From: a bacterium
GTDB lineage: Bacteria; Patescibacteriota; Minisyncoccia; Phycocordibacterales; Phycocordibacteraceae
Direction: 5' to 3'
NCBI GenBank assembly: GCA_021836725.1
Contig: JAKBHL010000011.1
Location: 94,494-158,493, forward strand
DNA: 64,000 nucleotides
Shown: piece by piece, positions 18,776 to 27,744 of the stretch
How the letters are laid out: every line of letters begins with the position of its first letter
Position numbering within the stretch: position 1 is the first letter of the stretch
Made by a program: the position numbers and the translations under genes
The notes under the pieces: model-generated
Told to the model about the DNA's origin: nothing
The model's database searches: none
Seen by the model: the letters and a program-made list of their open reading frames with translations, nothing else

Positions 18776-18925
18776 AACCCATCTCAAAACCCCCGCTCGG
18801 GTATGCGGCAGAAAGGAGTACGCCGTCTTTTTCTGCTCTAAAAGCAGCTCGAACTTACGCCGTCGCGCTCCATAAGCCTCTTTCTGCCGCATACCTCTCG
18901 CGGGGATATAAGGTTTTGAAATGAT
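18775..18925. mobile_element. MITE-like palindromic repeat, copy 3 (opposite orientation of core)
   Basis: Starts at the TAG stop of the upstream gene (TAGAACCCATCTCAAAACCCCC); right end GGTTTTGAAATGAT. Confidence 0.8.
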
Positions 18926-18932
18926 CTGGTAC

Positions 18933-19550
18933 TCAGTGCTCCCGCGTGTCCGCGTCCGTATTCAATCCGTTCTTTCTCGCGCGGCGCGCGAGAAGGTTAT
19001 GGCGCCCGGTAAAGAAGAGCAGCAGGAGGAAAAGAAGCGCAACGCCCCACCGCACAGAACCGATCCACGTGGAAGTGAGGTTCCCGAACCAGTAGGAAGT
19101 TGAGAAAAGTATCGTTGTCCAAATCGACGTCGCGACAATTGCCGTGAGCACGAACGTCGAGAGCGGCGAACGGAAGAAGCCGCTTGCGGTATAGGTCGGA
19201 AGCCGCGAGCCCGGAATGAACCGGGCCGTAAAGACAGTGAGCACGTACCGGCTTTCAAGCCACGCACGAAAGGGCGCGACGAACTCATGATCGACATATC
19301 GTCCGAGCCGGGGGTGCGTGCTCGCGAGCCATCCGAGACAGTAGAGACCGATATCGCCGAGTATGATGCCGGCGTAGAGGGAGAAAAGAGCGATGGGCAC
19401 TCCGATGGCGCCATCGGCCGCGAGCACACCGACGATGACGGTGGTCGGATCCTCGAGGATGAACGTACCGAGGATGATGACGAGCGATAAGGTTACCGAA
19501 CTGCCGATCGCGCCGCCGATAAGGTGGGAAAGGAAAAGAGAGAGGGGCAT
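18933..19550 (-). CDS. DedA/VTT-family membrane protein
   Basis: FILEDPTTVIVGVLAA motif, multiple TM helices. Confidence 0.8.
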   Translation of the reverse strand: MPLSLFLSHLIGGAIGSSVTLSLVIILGTFILEDPTTVIVGVLAADGAIGVPIALFSLYAGIILGDIGLYCLGWLASTHPRLGRYVDHEFVAPFRAWLESRYVLTVFTARFIPGSRLPTYTASGFFRSPLSTFVLTAIVATSIWTTILFSTSYWFGNLTSTWIGSVRWGVALLFLLLLFFTGRHNLLARRARKNGLNTDADTREH

Positions 19551-19622
19551 GTGAACCGCTTCAGTGTACCAAATCCCGGTGCGAAACGTGCGATAAGCCG
19601 GAAGCGTATTAGAATAGCGGGT

Positions 19623-20192
19623 ATGCCGCCCGAGATGACCGATGAAGAAATCGTCCGCCGGACACTGCTCGACAAGGAAGCATTTACGCCCCTCATCGAA
19701 CGGTATGAAGCGAAACTCACGCGTTATCTCGAACGGCTAGGGGTCGGCGTCCGCGAAGATCGTGAAGACATCCTGCAGAATGCCTTTATCAAGGCATACA
19801 GGAACCTCAACAGTTTCGATCAGACGCTCGCATTTTCCTCGTGGATGTACCGCATCGCGCATAATGAGGCGATGAGTTTCTTCCGCTCCCGGCATGCGCG
19901 TCCGCAGGTGGTGCTCGACGAGGGGAGCGAAACGCTCCTTACGGAATTGCGGGATGAGGATTCGGATACGGCGCATCTTGCGGAGCTCCGGCTCTCGCGC
20001 GAGGAACTCGCAAAGGCGTTCACGGCGCTTACGCCCGTGCAGCGAGACGTCCTCACGCTCCGTTTTTTTGAAGATCGGTCATATGCCGAGATATCCGATA
20101 TCCTTGAAGTGCCGACGGGGACGGTCTCAACGCTCCTGTATCGCGCTAAACGGGCTCTGCGCGAAGCGCTTCCTGAACCATTTTCACTATGA
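19623..20192 (+). CDS. ECF-type RNA polymerase sigma-70 factor
   Basis: Region 2 (SWMYRIAHNEAMSFFR) and region 4 (SYAEISDILEVPTGTVSTLLYRAKRAL) motifs. Confidence 0.88.
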   Translation: MPPEMTDEEIVRRTLLDKEAFTPLIERYEAKLTRYLERLGVGVREDREDILQNAFIKAYRNLNSFDQTLAFSSWMYRIAHNEAMSFFRSRHARPQVVLDEGSETLLTELRDEDSDTAHLAELRLSREELAKAFTALTPVQRDVLTLRFFEDRSYAEISDILEVPTGTVSTLLYRAKRALREALPEPFSL

Positions 20193-21070
20193 TGCACGAC
20201 GAACAAAAAGACGACCAGCTCGCTCGAAAGGTGCTCGAACGCATCAGCGGCGAACATCTCGTTCCGCGCCCGCGCTGGGAATTCATATTCAAGAATTATT
20301 TTTTCTGGATATTCGGCGCGTTCGCGGTCGCGCTGAGCGCTCTCGCATTTTCCGCGATGCTCTTCGATATCCAGAACGTCGACTGGCGTCTCTCAGCCGC
20401 TACGCACGCGAACTTCCTTGCTTTCTTCCTTGAGGCGGCACCCTTCCTCTGGGCAGGCGCTCTCATACTTTTCATACTCGTCGGCTACGCGAATGTGCGC
20501 CGGACGGCGCACGGCTATCGTTACTCACTCGCCGTTATCGCGCTCGGCGCGGTGCTCGCTTCTCTGGTGCTGGGCAGCGCCCTTTACGCGAGCGGTCTTG
20601 GCGGCGAGATCGAGGAAGCGATTGGCGACCATCCGCCCTTCTACCGTCCTATTCTTGTTGAAGAGCGCTCCTGGTGGCTTGCGCCGGAAAAAGGCCTCTT
20701 AGGCGGACGCGTAATCTCGCTTGCGCCGGATAACGCTTCCTTCGCACTCCGCGACTTCAAGGGGCATCTGTGGCAGGTCGAAACCGGCGACTTGCGCAAT
20801 GCCGATTTTACAGCCGTGCTGCGCGGCGGCATCGTCCGTATCGTCGGCGTACCGGTGGCGGCGACCAGTTCAACTTTCCATGCCTGTTTCGTATTTCCCT
20901 GGGAGATCCGGTATGGTTTTTTCGGCAATTTTTTCCACGCGCCGTCCATGCCGCGCCCGCCGCTGTCCGCGTCCACCAGTGAAAGGAGCATCACGACGCC
21001 GCGCAGCGAACTCTGCAAGGGCATCCGCCCCTACCGGCAGCTTCGTAGCATCGACGAGACCCGCTTCTAG
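20189..21070 (+). CDS. Putative membrane anti-sigma factor (ATGA overlap with sigma gene); C-terminus runs into MITE copy 4
   Basis: Cotranscribed with ECF sigma, 3-4 TM helices; the last ~60 aa are low-complexity and lie immediately upstream of the MITE, whose first bases give the TAG stop. Confidence 0.55.
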   Translation: MMHDEQKDDQLARKVLERISGEHLVPRPRWEFIFKNYFFWIFGAFAVALSALAFSAMLFDIQNVDWRLSAATHANFLAFFLEAAPFLWAGALILFILVGYANVRRTAHGYRYSLAVIALGAVLASLVLGSALYASGLGGEIEEAIGDHPPFYRPILVEERSWWLAPEKGLLGGRVISLAPDNASFALRDFKGHLWQVETGDLRNADFTAVLRGGIVRIVGVPVAATSSTFHACFVFPWEIRYGFFGNFFHAPSMPRPPLSASTSERSITTPRSELCKGIRPYRQLRSIDETRF

Positions 21071-21215
21071 AACCATTTCAAAACTCAGCATTTCCCCGAA
21101 GGGTGTGCGACAGAAAGAGGCTTACGGAGCGCGACGGCGCGAGTACGAGCCGCTTTTTGAGCACAAAAAGACGGCGTACTCCTTTCTGCCGCACACCCTT
21201 CGGGGGTCTGTCTTC
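21070..21215. mobile_element. MITE-like palindromic repeat, copy 4
   Basis: GAACCATTTCAAAAC...core identical to copy 1 over ~100 nt. Confidence 0.8.
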
Positions 21216-21372
21216 CGCAAACGTCGCAGGCGGGCGTAATTTCCAGGACTTTCTTGGAGGCATCGCGGCGCCATTGCTATGCACAGGTGGCAGCATGCGC
21301 GACCACCTCTCTACCTGAAAGGGGTATGCTTTATCGTAGCGCTCCGCTTCTTGGAGCCGCTTTAGCAGCCTA

Positions 21373-21798
21373 ATGGCTTATATGGCGAAAACACTCTCCC
21401 TCATCTTCGGCGTTATCTTGGTGCTCTTCGGGCTTCTCGGATTCATCTCGAATCCACTCGTCGGCGCCAATGCGCTGTTCGTCGCAGACGGGGCTCACAA
21501 TCTCATCCACATCATTCTCGGCGCGATCTTGCTCGCGGTCGCTCTCTGGGCCAGTGAAAGCTCCGTGCTGTGGCTCAAGCTCGTCGGTGTCATCACGTTT
21601 CTCCTCGGTCTCATAGGGGTCCTCACCGTTCCCGCTATCGGCGGGACGCTGCTTGGCATCGCCGGAACGAACGGGGCTTCAAACTGGCTCAACCTCATCG
21701 CCGGTGTGCTTATATTTGCCGCCGGGAAATACGGCAAAGATGACGCGCGGAACGTCATGCCGCCGGTGCAATCTTCAGGCCCGCAACCCCAGATGTGA
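21373..21798 (+). CDS. DUF4383 family small membrane protein
   Basis: LIFGVILVLFGLLGFI...HNLIHIILG pattern characteristic of DUF4383. Confidence 0.7.
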   Translation: MAYMAKTLSLIFGVILVLFGLLGFISNPLVGANALFVADGAHNLIHIILGAILLAVALWASESSVLWLKLVGVITFLLGLIGVLTVPAIGGTLLGIAGTNGASNWLNLIAGVLIFAAGKYGKDDARNVMPPVQSSGPQPQM

Positions 21799-21815
21799 TA
21801 CGAAACGATAACTAG

Positions 21816-21952
21816 AACCCCCAATCCCCGTCGGATATGCGACAGAAAGGAGTACGCTGTCTTTTCCTTCTGAAAAAGCAGCTCGTACTCGCACCGGCGC
21901 ACTCCGTAAGCCTCTTTCTGCCGCATACCCGAGCGGGGGTTTGGGATGGGTT
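21816..21952. mobile_element. MITE-like palindromic repeat, copy 5
   Basis: TAGAACCCCCAATCCCCGTCGG...GGGGGTTTGGGATGGGTT termini. Confidence 0.8.
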
Positions 21953-21963
21953 GTGACAAAACG

Positions 21964-21992
21964 GAAAAACGGATTTTGAAATCCGTTTTTCC
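21964..21992. other. Perfect 14-bp stem hairpin GGAAAAACGGATTT-TG-AAATCCGTTTTTCC adjacent to MITE copy 5
   Basis: Seen directly. Confidence 0.5.
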
Positions 21993-22045
21993 ATTCCCCA
22001 TGCCGCCCTTGTGCGCCGGTACGATGGCGCGTATTCTAACGGGGT

Positions 22046-22525
22046 ATGAAACGCGCCGGGGTCGCCTGCATCCTTTTTCTCGCGTTCGCCGGCCTTGCGG
22101 ATTCCTCCTATATCGCCCAGCACGAGGCGAGCGGCACGCCGCTCCTCTGCAACATCAGCAATCTTTCAGGATGCAACATCGTTGCGGCGAGTCCGTATTC
22201 GCATCTTTTTGGCATCCCGCTCGCCGTGTACGGCGTCGCTTTTTACGGGATCATTTTTGTCCTTGCCGCGCTTGAGCTTGTCATTTTCGACCGGCTCCTG
22301 CGCCGCGTCTTACAGGGGATGGCATTTTTCGGCGTCATTGCATCGCTGTACTTCACCCTCGTCCAGGTGTTCATCATCGGCGCGCTCTGCATCTACTGCC
22401 TTGCCTCAGCCGGCATCGCGCTTCTCATGATGATTTTCGCGAGCGTCATCGAGCCGGTGCGCGGCGCTACGAAACCCGCGCCGCCGCCGGCATCACAGCA
22501 TTTCTCGATGCCGCCCGCGTCCTGA
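22046..22525 (+). CDS. Vitamin K epoxide reductase (VKOR) family thiol oxidoreductase
   Basis: Loop cysteines (LLCNISNLSGC) and TM CIYC active-site motif; 4-5 TM helices. Confidence 0.75.
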   Translation: MKRAGVACILFLAFAGLADSSYIAQHEASGTPLLCNISNLSGCNIVAASPYSHLFGIPLAVYGVAFYGIIFVLAALELVIFDRLLRRVLQGMAFFGVIASLYFTLVQVFIIGALCIYCLASAGIALLMMIFASVIEPVRGATKPAPPPASQHFSMPPAS

Positions 22526-22532
22526 AATCCGT

Positions 22533-23699
22533 ATGCACCGCGTTCTCATTCCCTTGCTCGCCTCGCTCCTCCTTCCTGCAGGCGCCCTTGCCGCAAGCGC
22601 GCCCGCATCCTTCGTTGCAGCGCATTCGCTGCTTGTTGCGAGCTCTTCGCCGGGGAATGTCTATGCGACCGGCGTTTCAATCGTGCTGACCGCGCCGGTC
22701 GCCGGAGACTTCTCGGCCTTTGGCGGCTCGATCATCACCGCTGCGCCGATTACCGGCGACGGGCTGCTCATCGCTGGCACGATAAGCTCGCGCGCGCAGA
22801 TTTCCGGCGATTTTCGAGCGGCTGGCGGAAGCGTGAACGTTGAGAAACCCGTCACCGGCGATCTCATTGCCTTCGGCTTCTCCGTATACGACACGGGCCA
22901 TGCCGGAGGGAGCGTCTTCGTCGCCGCCGCGAACGCCGCGCTACTAAACGGCGCTTCAGGCCCGGTCACCGTCTACGGGAATACCGTTTCGCTCGCCGGC
23001 GATTTCGCGAGCAATGTCACCGTCGTGACAAGCGGCCATCTCACGCTCGCGCCAGGCACCATCATCCGCGGCAAACTCTCCTACGAGGCGCCGGACACCG
23101 CGACGATTCCGGCGTCCGCGACGGTACTCGGCGGCATCACATACAAAAACGCTTCGTATATACCGGATTCCGGCGCTTCGCGCGCGCTTGCACTCGTGAG
23201 TATCGGCGTGTTCCTGCTGGTGCGCATCCTCGGCGCGCTCATCCTTGCGGGTCTTTTGGCCGGGCTCTTCCCGAAGCTTGCAGAGGCGGTTGCCGAATAT
23301 GCGTATCAGGCGCGCCCGCGCAGCATCCTCCTCACGATGCTGCTCGGTTTTGCGGCATTCGTCGTCACGCCGGTCCTCTTCCTCATGCTCGCGCTTACGT
23401 TCGTCGGCATCGGTCTCGCTTTCCTGCTCCTTTTCGCCTATGCGCTCTTGGCGCTTCTCGCGCTCATGTATGCGGGCACCCTTTTCGGCAGCATGCTGGT
23501 ACGACGTTTCTCCGGACGCGTCACCGTGCTCTGGCGAGACGGGGTTCTCGGCATGCTCGCGCTCTCGCTCATCATGCTCGTACCGTTTATCGGCCCCCTC
23601 ACCGTGTTCTTCTTCACGCTCTTCTCCGCCGGGACGCTCCTCTTGCTTTTCTTCAATTTTGCCTTCCCGCGCGAAGAACATACGCCTGAAATGTTATAG
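22533..23699 (+). CDS. Signal-peptide protein with beta-helical GD-repeat region (bactofilin/DUF583-like) and C-terminal polytopic membrane domain
   Basis: Periodic ...VAGDFSAFGGSI.../...ISGDFRAAGGSV.../...VTGDLIAFGFSV... repeats; 4+ C-terminal TM helices. Confidence 0.6.
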   Translation: MHRVLIPLLASLLLPAGALAASAPASFVAAHSLLVASSSPGNVYATGVSIVLTAPVAGDFSAFGGSIITAAPITGDGLLIAGTISSRAQISGDFRAAGGSVNVEKPVTGDLIAFGFSVYDTGHAGGSVFVAAANAALLNGASGPVTVYGNTVSLAGDFASNVTVVTSGHLTLAPGTIIRGKLSYEAPDTATIPASATVLGGITYKNASYIPDSGASRALALVSIGVFLLVRILGALILAGLLAGLFPKLAEAVAEYAYQARPRSILLTMLLGFAAFVVTPVLFLMLALTFVGIGLAFLLLFAYALLALLALMYAGTLFGSMLVRRFSGRVTVLWRDGVLGMLALSLIMLVPFIGPLTVFFFTLFSAGTLLLLFFNFAFPREEHTPEML

Positions 23700-23707
23700 T
23701 ACGAGCG

Positions 23708-24181
23708 ATGAAGATGCCCGAAATCGGCTCGCCAGCGCCGGACTTCACGCTCCCCGATCAGGAAGGGAAGGAGCACGCGCTTAGCGAGTACGCAGGAAAA
23801 TGGCTACTCCTGTATTTCTATCCGAAGGACGATACCCCGGGCTGCACCATCGAGGCGTGCGCGATCCGCGACCAGTTCAAGGATTTTAAGGATATCGGCG
23901 CCATCGTACTGGGCGTTTCGACCGACAGCGTCGCGAGCCATAAGAAGTTCGCCGATGCGTATGCGCTCCCTTTCACGCTCCTTTCCGATGCGCATAAGGA
24001 GGTGGTGGGCAGATACGGCGTGTTCGGGGAAAAGAAATTTATGGGGAAAACGTATATGGGCACGAACCGCACCTCATTCCTCATCGACCCTTCGCTCGCT
24101 ATCGCCAAAGTGTATGAGAAGGTGAAACCCGAGACACATGCCGCCGAAGTCATCGCTGACCTCAAGGCGCTCGGCGCATGA
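23708..24181 (+). CDS. bcp: Peroxiredoxin Bcp (AhpC/TSA family)
   Basis: FYPKDDTPGCT peroxidatic Cys motif. Confidence 0.88.
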   Translation: MKMPEIGSPAPDFTLPDQEGKEHALSEYAGKWLLLYFYPKDDTPGCTIEACAIRDQFKDFKDIGAIVLGVSTDSVASHKKFADAYALPFTLLSDAHKEVVGRYGVFGEKKFMGKTYMGTNRTSFLIDPSLAIAKVYEKVKPETHAAEVIADLKALGA

Positions 24182-24849
24182 ACAGATATTCTACGCGCTC
24201 GACGCGGAAAGAGCGCGCCCGGAAAATAGTCGCCTACCTGAAAAAGACATATCCGGAGCCCGCAAGCGAGCTTGCATACCGGACGCCGTTTCAGTGCGTT
24301 GCCGCGGTCATCCTCTCCGCCCAGTGCACCGATAAAGCGGTTAACAAATTGACAGAGACGCTTTTCAAGAAATACAAAACCCCGTTTGATTTCGCGCGCG
24401 CGAAACCCGCCGTCTTTACGCGAGAGATCTCGTCCATTCCGTTTTTCCGCACCAAGGCGAAGGCGATCATCAAAGCGGCGAAAATAATCGATAAAAAATA
24501 CGGCGGCGGCATCCCGCAGACCGCCGCGGAACTTACCGGATTACCGGGGGTCGGCTACAAGACGGCGCACGTCATCCTTGGCGAGCTGTACGGCATCTGG
24601 GAGGGCATCCCGACCGATACGCATGTGAAGCGCTTCGCGAAGCGTTTCGACCTCACCGATGCCGATGACCCGACGAACATCTCGAAGGATCTCGAGGCGC
24701 TCATACCGAAAAAAGACTGGAAGTACGTGAATAACGGCCTCGTCCTCTATGGCCGGTACGTGTGTCCCGCACGCCCGCACGAATGTGCGGTGCACCCTCT
24801 GACGAGGCTCTGGCCGCCCTCAGCGAGACGTTGGCCGAAGGCGACATGA
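24178..24849 (+). CDS. nth: Endonuclease III-like HhH-GPD DNA glycosylase with degenerate [4Fe-4S] loop
   Basis: HhH-GPD (LPGVGYKTAHVILG, catalytic K and D present); C-terminus is C-x6-C-x2-H-x5-W instead of C-x6-C-x2-C-x5-C. Confidence 0.8.
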   Translation: MNRYSTRSTRKERARKIVAYLKKTYPEPASELAYRTPFQCVAAVILSAQCTDKAVNKLTETLFKKYKTPFDFARAKPAVFTREISSIPFFRTKAKAIIKAAKIIDKKYGGGIPQTAAELTGLPGVGYKTAHVILGELYGIWEGIPTDTHVKRFAKRFDLTDADDPTNISKDLEALIPKKDWKYVNNGLVLYGRYVCPARPHECAVHPLTRLWPPSARRWPKAT

Positions 24850-24870
24850 GAAATAAGGTACTATGGCGGC

Positions 24871-25560
24871 ATGGGAAAACGCCCGGTAGCCGCTTTCGAC
24901 ATAGACGGGACGGTATTTCGATCATCCCTGACTCTCGAACTCGTCGAACGCCTCATTGAGAAAGGGATATTCCCGCAGGAATCGCACGCTCTCTACGAGA
25001 GAGAACGCGCGCGCTGGCTCGATCGGGAAGGCGATTATCAAGCGTATGTCGACAAGGTCGTTGAGGTCTTCCAAAAACAGATAAAAGGGGTTCCGTTTGC
25101 GGCAGTGGCGGACGCCGCCGGGGAAATTATCGAGGAAAAGAAGAATCGCGTCTATCGCTACACGCGCGATCTCATCAAAGACCTGAAAGGAAGGGGGTAT
25201 TATCTTCTCGCCATCTCGCATTCGCCGAAATTTATCGCCGATGGATTCGGTTATGAAGCGGGATTCGACAAGGTCTACGGATTTTTCTTCACTTCAGGGC
25301 CGTCCGGAAACTTCACGGGCGACGTCGAGGACGGCGATCTCATCCAAAACAAATCAGCGATACTGCAGAGGGCGGTGCGCAAAGAAGGCCTGACGTTTGA
25401 GGGTTCGATCGGCGTCGGGGACACGGAGAGCGACATCCCACTTCTTGAGTCGGTTGAAACGGCCATCGCATTCAACCCGAACGGCGCGCTTTACGCGCAT
25501 GCAAGAAGGCGCGGTTGGAAAATAGTCGTTGAACGCAAAGATGTCGTCTACGAAATTTAG
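24871..25560 (+). CDS. HAD-superfamily hydrolase, subfamily IB-like
   Basis: Motif I FDIDGTV, motif IV GVGDTESD. Confidence 0.75.
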   Translation: MGKRPVAAFDIDGTVFRSSLTLELVERLIEKGIFPQESHALYERERARWLDREGDYQAYVDKVVEVFQKQIKGVPFAAVADAAGEIIEEKKNRVYRYTRDLIKDLKGRGYYLLAISHSPKFIADGFGYEAGFDKVYGFFFTSGPSGNFTGDVEDGDLIQNKSAILQRAVRKEGLTFEGSIGVGDTESDIPLLESVETAIAFNPNGALYAHARRRGWKIVVERKDVVYEI

Positions 25561-26341
25561 GGCGCTGGTGTGGCGGCAGTATCGCGCGCGCGGAAGGCAT
25601 ACGCTGCCGTGGCGCACAACGCATGATCCGTACCGGATACTCGTCTCCGAAATCATGCTGCAGCAGACGCAGGTGGAACGTGTACTGCCGTTCTATGCCG
25701 CGTTCATAAAAAAGTTCCCGACGGCGCGCGCGCTCGCCGCGGCGCCGCTCTCCGAAATTCTGAAAAGCTGGCAAGGACTCGGCTATAATCGTCGGGCGAA
25801 CATGCTCCTCAAGGCGGCGAAAGAAATCGCGGCGCACGGAATGCCGCATACGGTGCACGAGCTCGAAAAATTGCCGGGTATCGGTCCCTACACCGCCCGC
25901 GCTCTTGCGGCGTTCGCCTACAACCATGACGTCGTCGTGGTGGAAACGAACATCCGCACGGCCGTTCTGCATCATTTCTTTCCGAAAAGGAAAAACGTCT
26001 CCGATGCGGAGATAGAACGCATACTGAGGAAGGTGTCGCCTGCGGGGAGGGCAAGAGAATGGTACAGCGCGCTCATGGATTACGGCGCTCACTTGAAACG
26101 TTCGGGCATATCGCGCAATGCGCAGAGCCGGCACTATGCAAAACAGACGAAATTCGCGGGCTCCGCGCGCGAAGCGCGCGGAGCCATCCTCCGAGAACTT
26201 ACTCGTAGAAGCGCAACGAGCGAGCGTCTCATGGGGCTATTCGGGCCGCTCCGGAGAGCGCAGGCCGCGCGCGCCCTTGCTGCGCTTGCCGCGGAGGGGC
26301 TGATTCGCGCCCGAGGGAACCGATACGCGCTCGCGGACTAA
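25529..26341 (+). CDS. MutY-like HhH-GPD adenine glycosylase homolog lacking Fe-S cluster loop and NUDIX-like C-terminal domain; C-terminal winged-helix-like tail (start uncertain, possibly 25541)
   Basis: LPWR...DPYRILVSEIMLQQTQVERV and LPGIGPYTARAL HhH motifs; zero Cys after the HhH region. Confidence 0.75.
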   Translation: MNAKMSSTKFRALVWRQYRARGRHTLPWRTTHDPYRILVSEIMLQQTQVERVLPFYAAFIKKFPTARALAAAPLSEILKSWQGLGYNRRANMLLKAAKEIAAHGMPHTVHELEKLPGIGPYTARALAAFAYNHDVVVVETNIRTAVLHHFFPKRKNVSDAEIERILRKVSPAGRAREWYSALMDYGAHLKRSGISRNAQSRHYAKQTKFAGSAREARGAILRELTRRSATSERLMGLFGPLRRAQAARALAALAAEGLIRARGNRYALAD

Positions 26342-26523
26342 AACCCATTTCAAACCCCATCTTCTCCTAAGATGTCATCTTAGGAGATTTGACCGGCCTC
26401 CGCGAGAGGTATGCGGCAGAAAGAGGCTTACGGAGCGTGACGACGCGAGTACGAGCCGCTTTTTGAGCACAAAAAGACGGCGTACTCCTTTCTGCCGCAT
26501 ACCCGAGCGGGGGTTTTCTGTCC
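26341..26523. mobile_element. MITE-like palindromic repeat, copy 6 (with nested 40-nt palindrome CTCCTAAGATGTCATCTTAGGAG)
   Basis: AAACCCATTTCAAACCCC left end overlapping the TAA stop of the upstream gene; right end abuts stop of MFS gene on the other strand. Confidence 0.8.
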
Positions 26524-27690
26524 CTAGCGGGAATCTTTTATGAGAAGTGTCGTTCCCGCGCCGGCGATGGCGATGAATCCGCCGGTGAGCACGAAGAGGA
26601 TTTGATAATTACCGAAAAAGAGGATCAAGCTCCCCGCAAGCGGCGCGACGAGATCCGCCAGGGGCCAGATACCGCGGAAGATATTCACCGAATTCACGTC
26701 CTGTTCGGAAACCCGCCGGAAAAAATGTATCTCGGTCATGCTTTCAATAAACGCCGCACCGACGCGTGAGATGATGAGGATGCCGAGGATCAGGATGAAC
26801 GGAGAAGCCGCGGAAAGCGCGCCGATTGAGGCGAGCGCGCCGCCCGCAATGAGAAATCCCGCAAACATAAGCTCTTTCTCCCCGAGAAACCGATCGGCGA
26901 TCCACCCCGCCGGATATTCGATGAGCACATAGGGTATGAGCATTATTGAGAACATTTTGCCGAGGCTTGACCAGGGTATGCCGAGCGCGCTGTGGAGATA
27001 TACCGGAACGTAGAGCGGCATCCAGACGTAAAAGAGATACAGGAGAAGATGAGCGAACGTAACCGACGCGAGATCGCGGTCGTGCGCTATGCAAAAGAGC
27101 GCATCGCGCATGCGTGATAGTTTGGGAGGTTTGCCTTTAGGGAGAGCGCGGGCGGCGAAGAGGACGATGAACGGCACAAGCGCCGCTGAGGCGGCGAGGA
27201 ATACGCGGCCGTAGTCATTTGAATGCGCGAGAAGCGCGCCCATGAGAAGCGGTGCCGCAAGTGCGGCGATATTCCATGCGGTAAGGAAAGTCGCTCGGAC
27301 GCGACCGGTCGTACCCTCCTGCGCGATAGTCGCTTCCAGGAGCAGGTCAAGCTGGTAGTACAGGAAGGGTTGCAGCGCTACGGTGACGGCGATAAGCAGA
27401 ATGCCGGCGATAGCGCCCGGAGATGCCGCGAGCGCGAAGAGCGCGACCATTTCCGCGATTGCAAATACGAGCGCGAGCTGTTGCGCGCCGTAGCGCGCAA
27501 CCAGGCGCGGGAGATAGGGGAAAAGCAGAACCGCGCCGAGAGCGCCGAGAGCGATCACGAGACCGGCATCCGCTTCCGGCATGAATGCGGAAAGGTAGGG
27601 GAGCAGGATATAGATGATGAGGGTCGCGAAAAGCGAGAAGAAAAAATTCCCGACGGCGAGGATGACACGCGGACGCATCGCCTCGAGCAT
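26524..27690 (-). CDS. Major facilitator superfamily transporter
   Basis: 12 predicted TM helices, MFS-like loop motifs. Confidence 0.8.
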   Translation of the reverse strand: MLEAMRPRVILAVGNFFFSLFATLIIYILLPYLSAFMPEADAGLVIALGALGAVLLFPYLPRLVARYGAQQLALVFAIAEMVALFALAASPGAIAGILLIAVTVALQPFLYYQLDLLLEATIAQEGTTGRVRATFLTAWNIAALAAPLLMGALLAHSNDYGRVFLAASAALVPFIVLFAARALPKGKPPKLSRMRDALFCIAHDRDLASVTFAHLLLYLFYVWMPLYVPVYLHSALGIPWSSLGKMFSIMLIPYVLIEYPAGWIADRFLGEKELMFAGFLIAGGALASIGALSAASPFILILGILIISRVGAAFIESMTEIHFFRRVSEQDVNSVNIFRGIWPLADLVAPLAGSLILFFGNYQILFVLTGGFIAIAGAGTTLLIKDSR

Positions 27691-27744
27691 ACCACGGCAA
27701 AAGCGCGGTTCGCCGGAGGCGAACCGCGCTTTTCGTTTGCGAGA

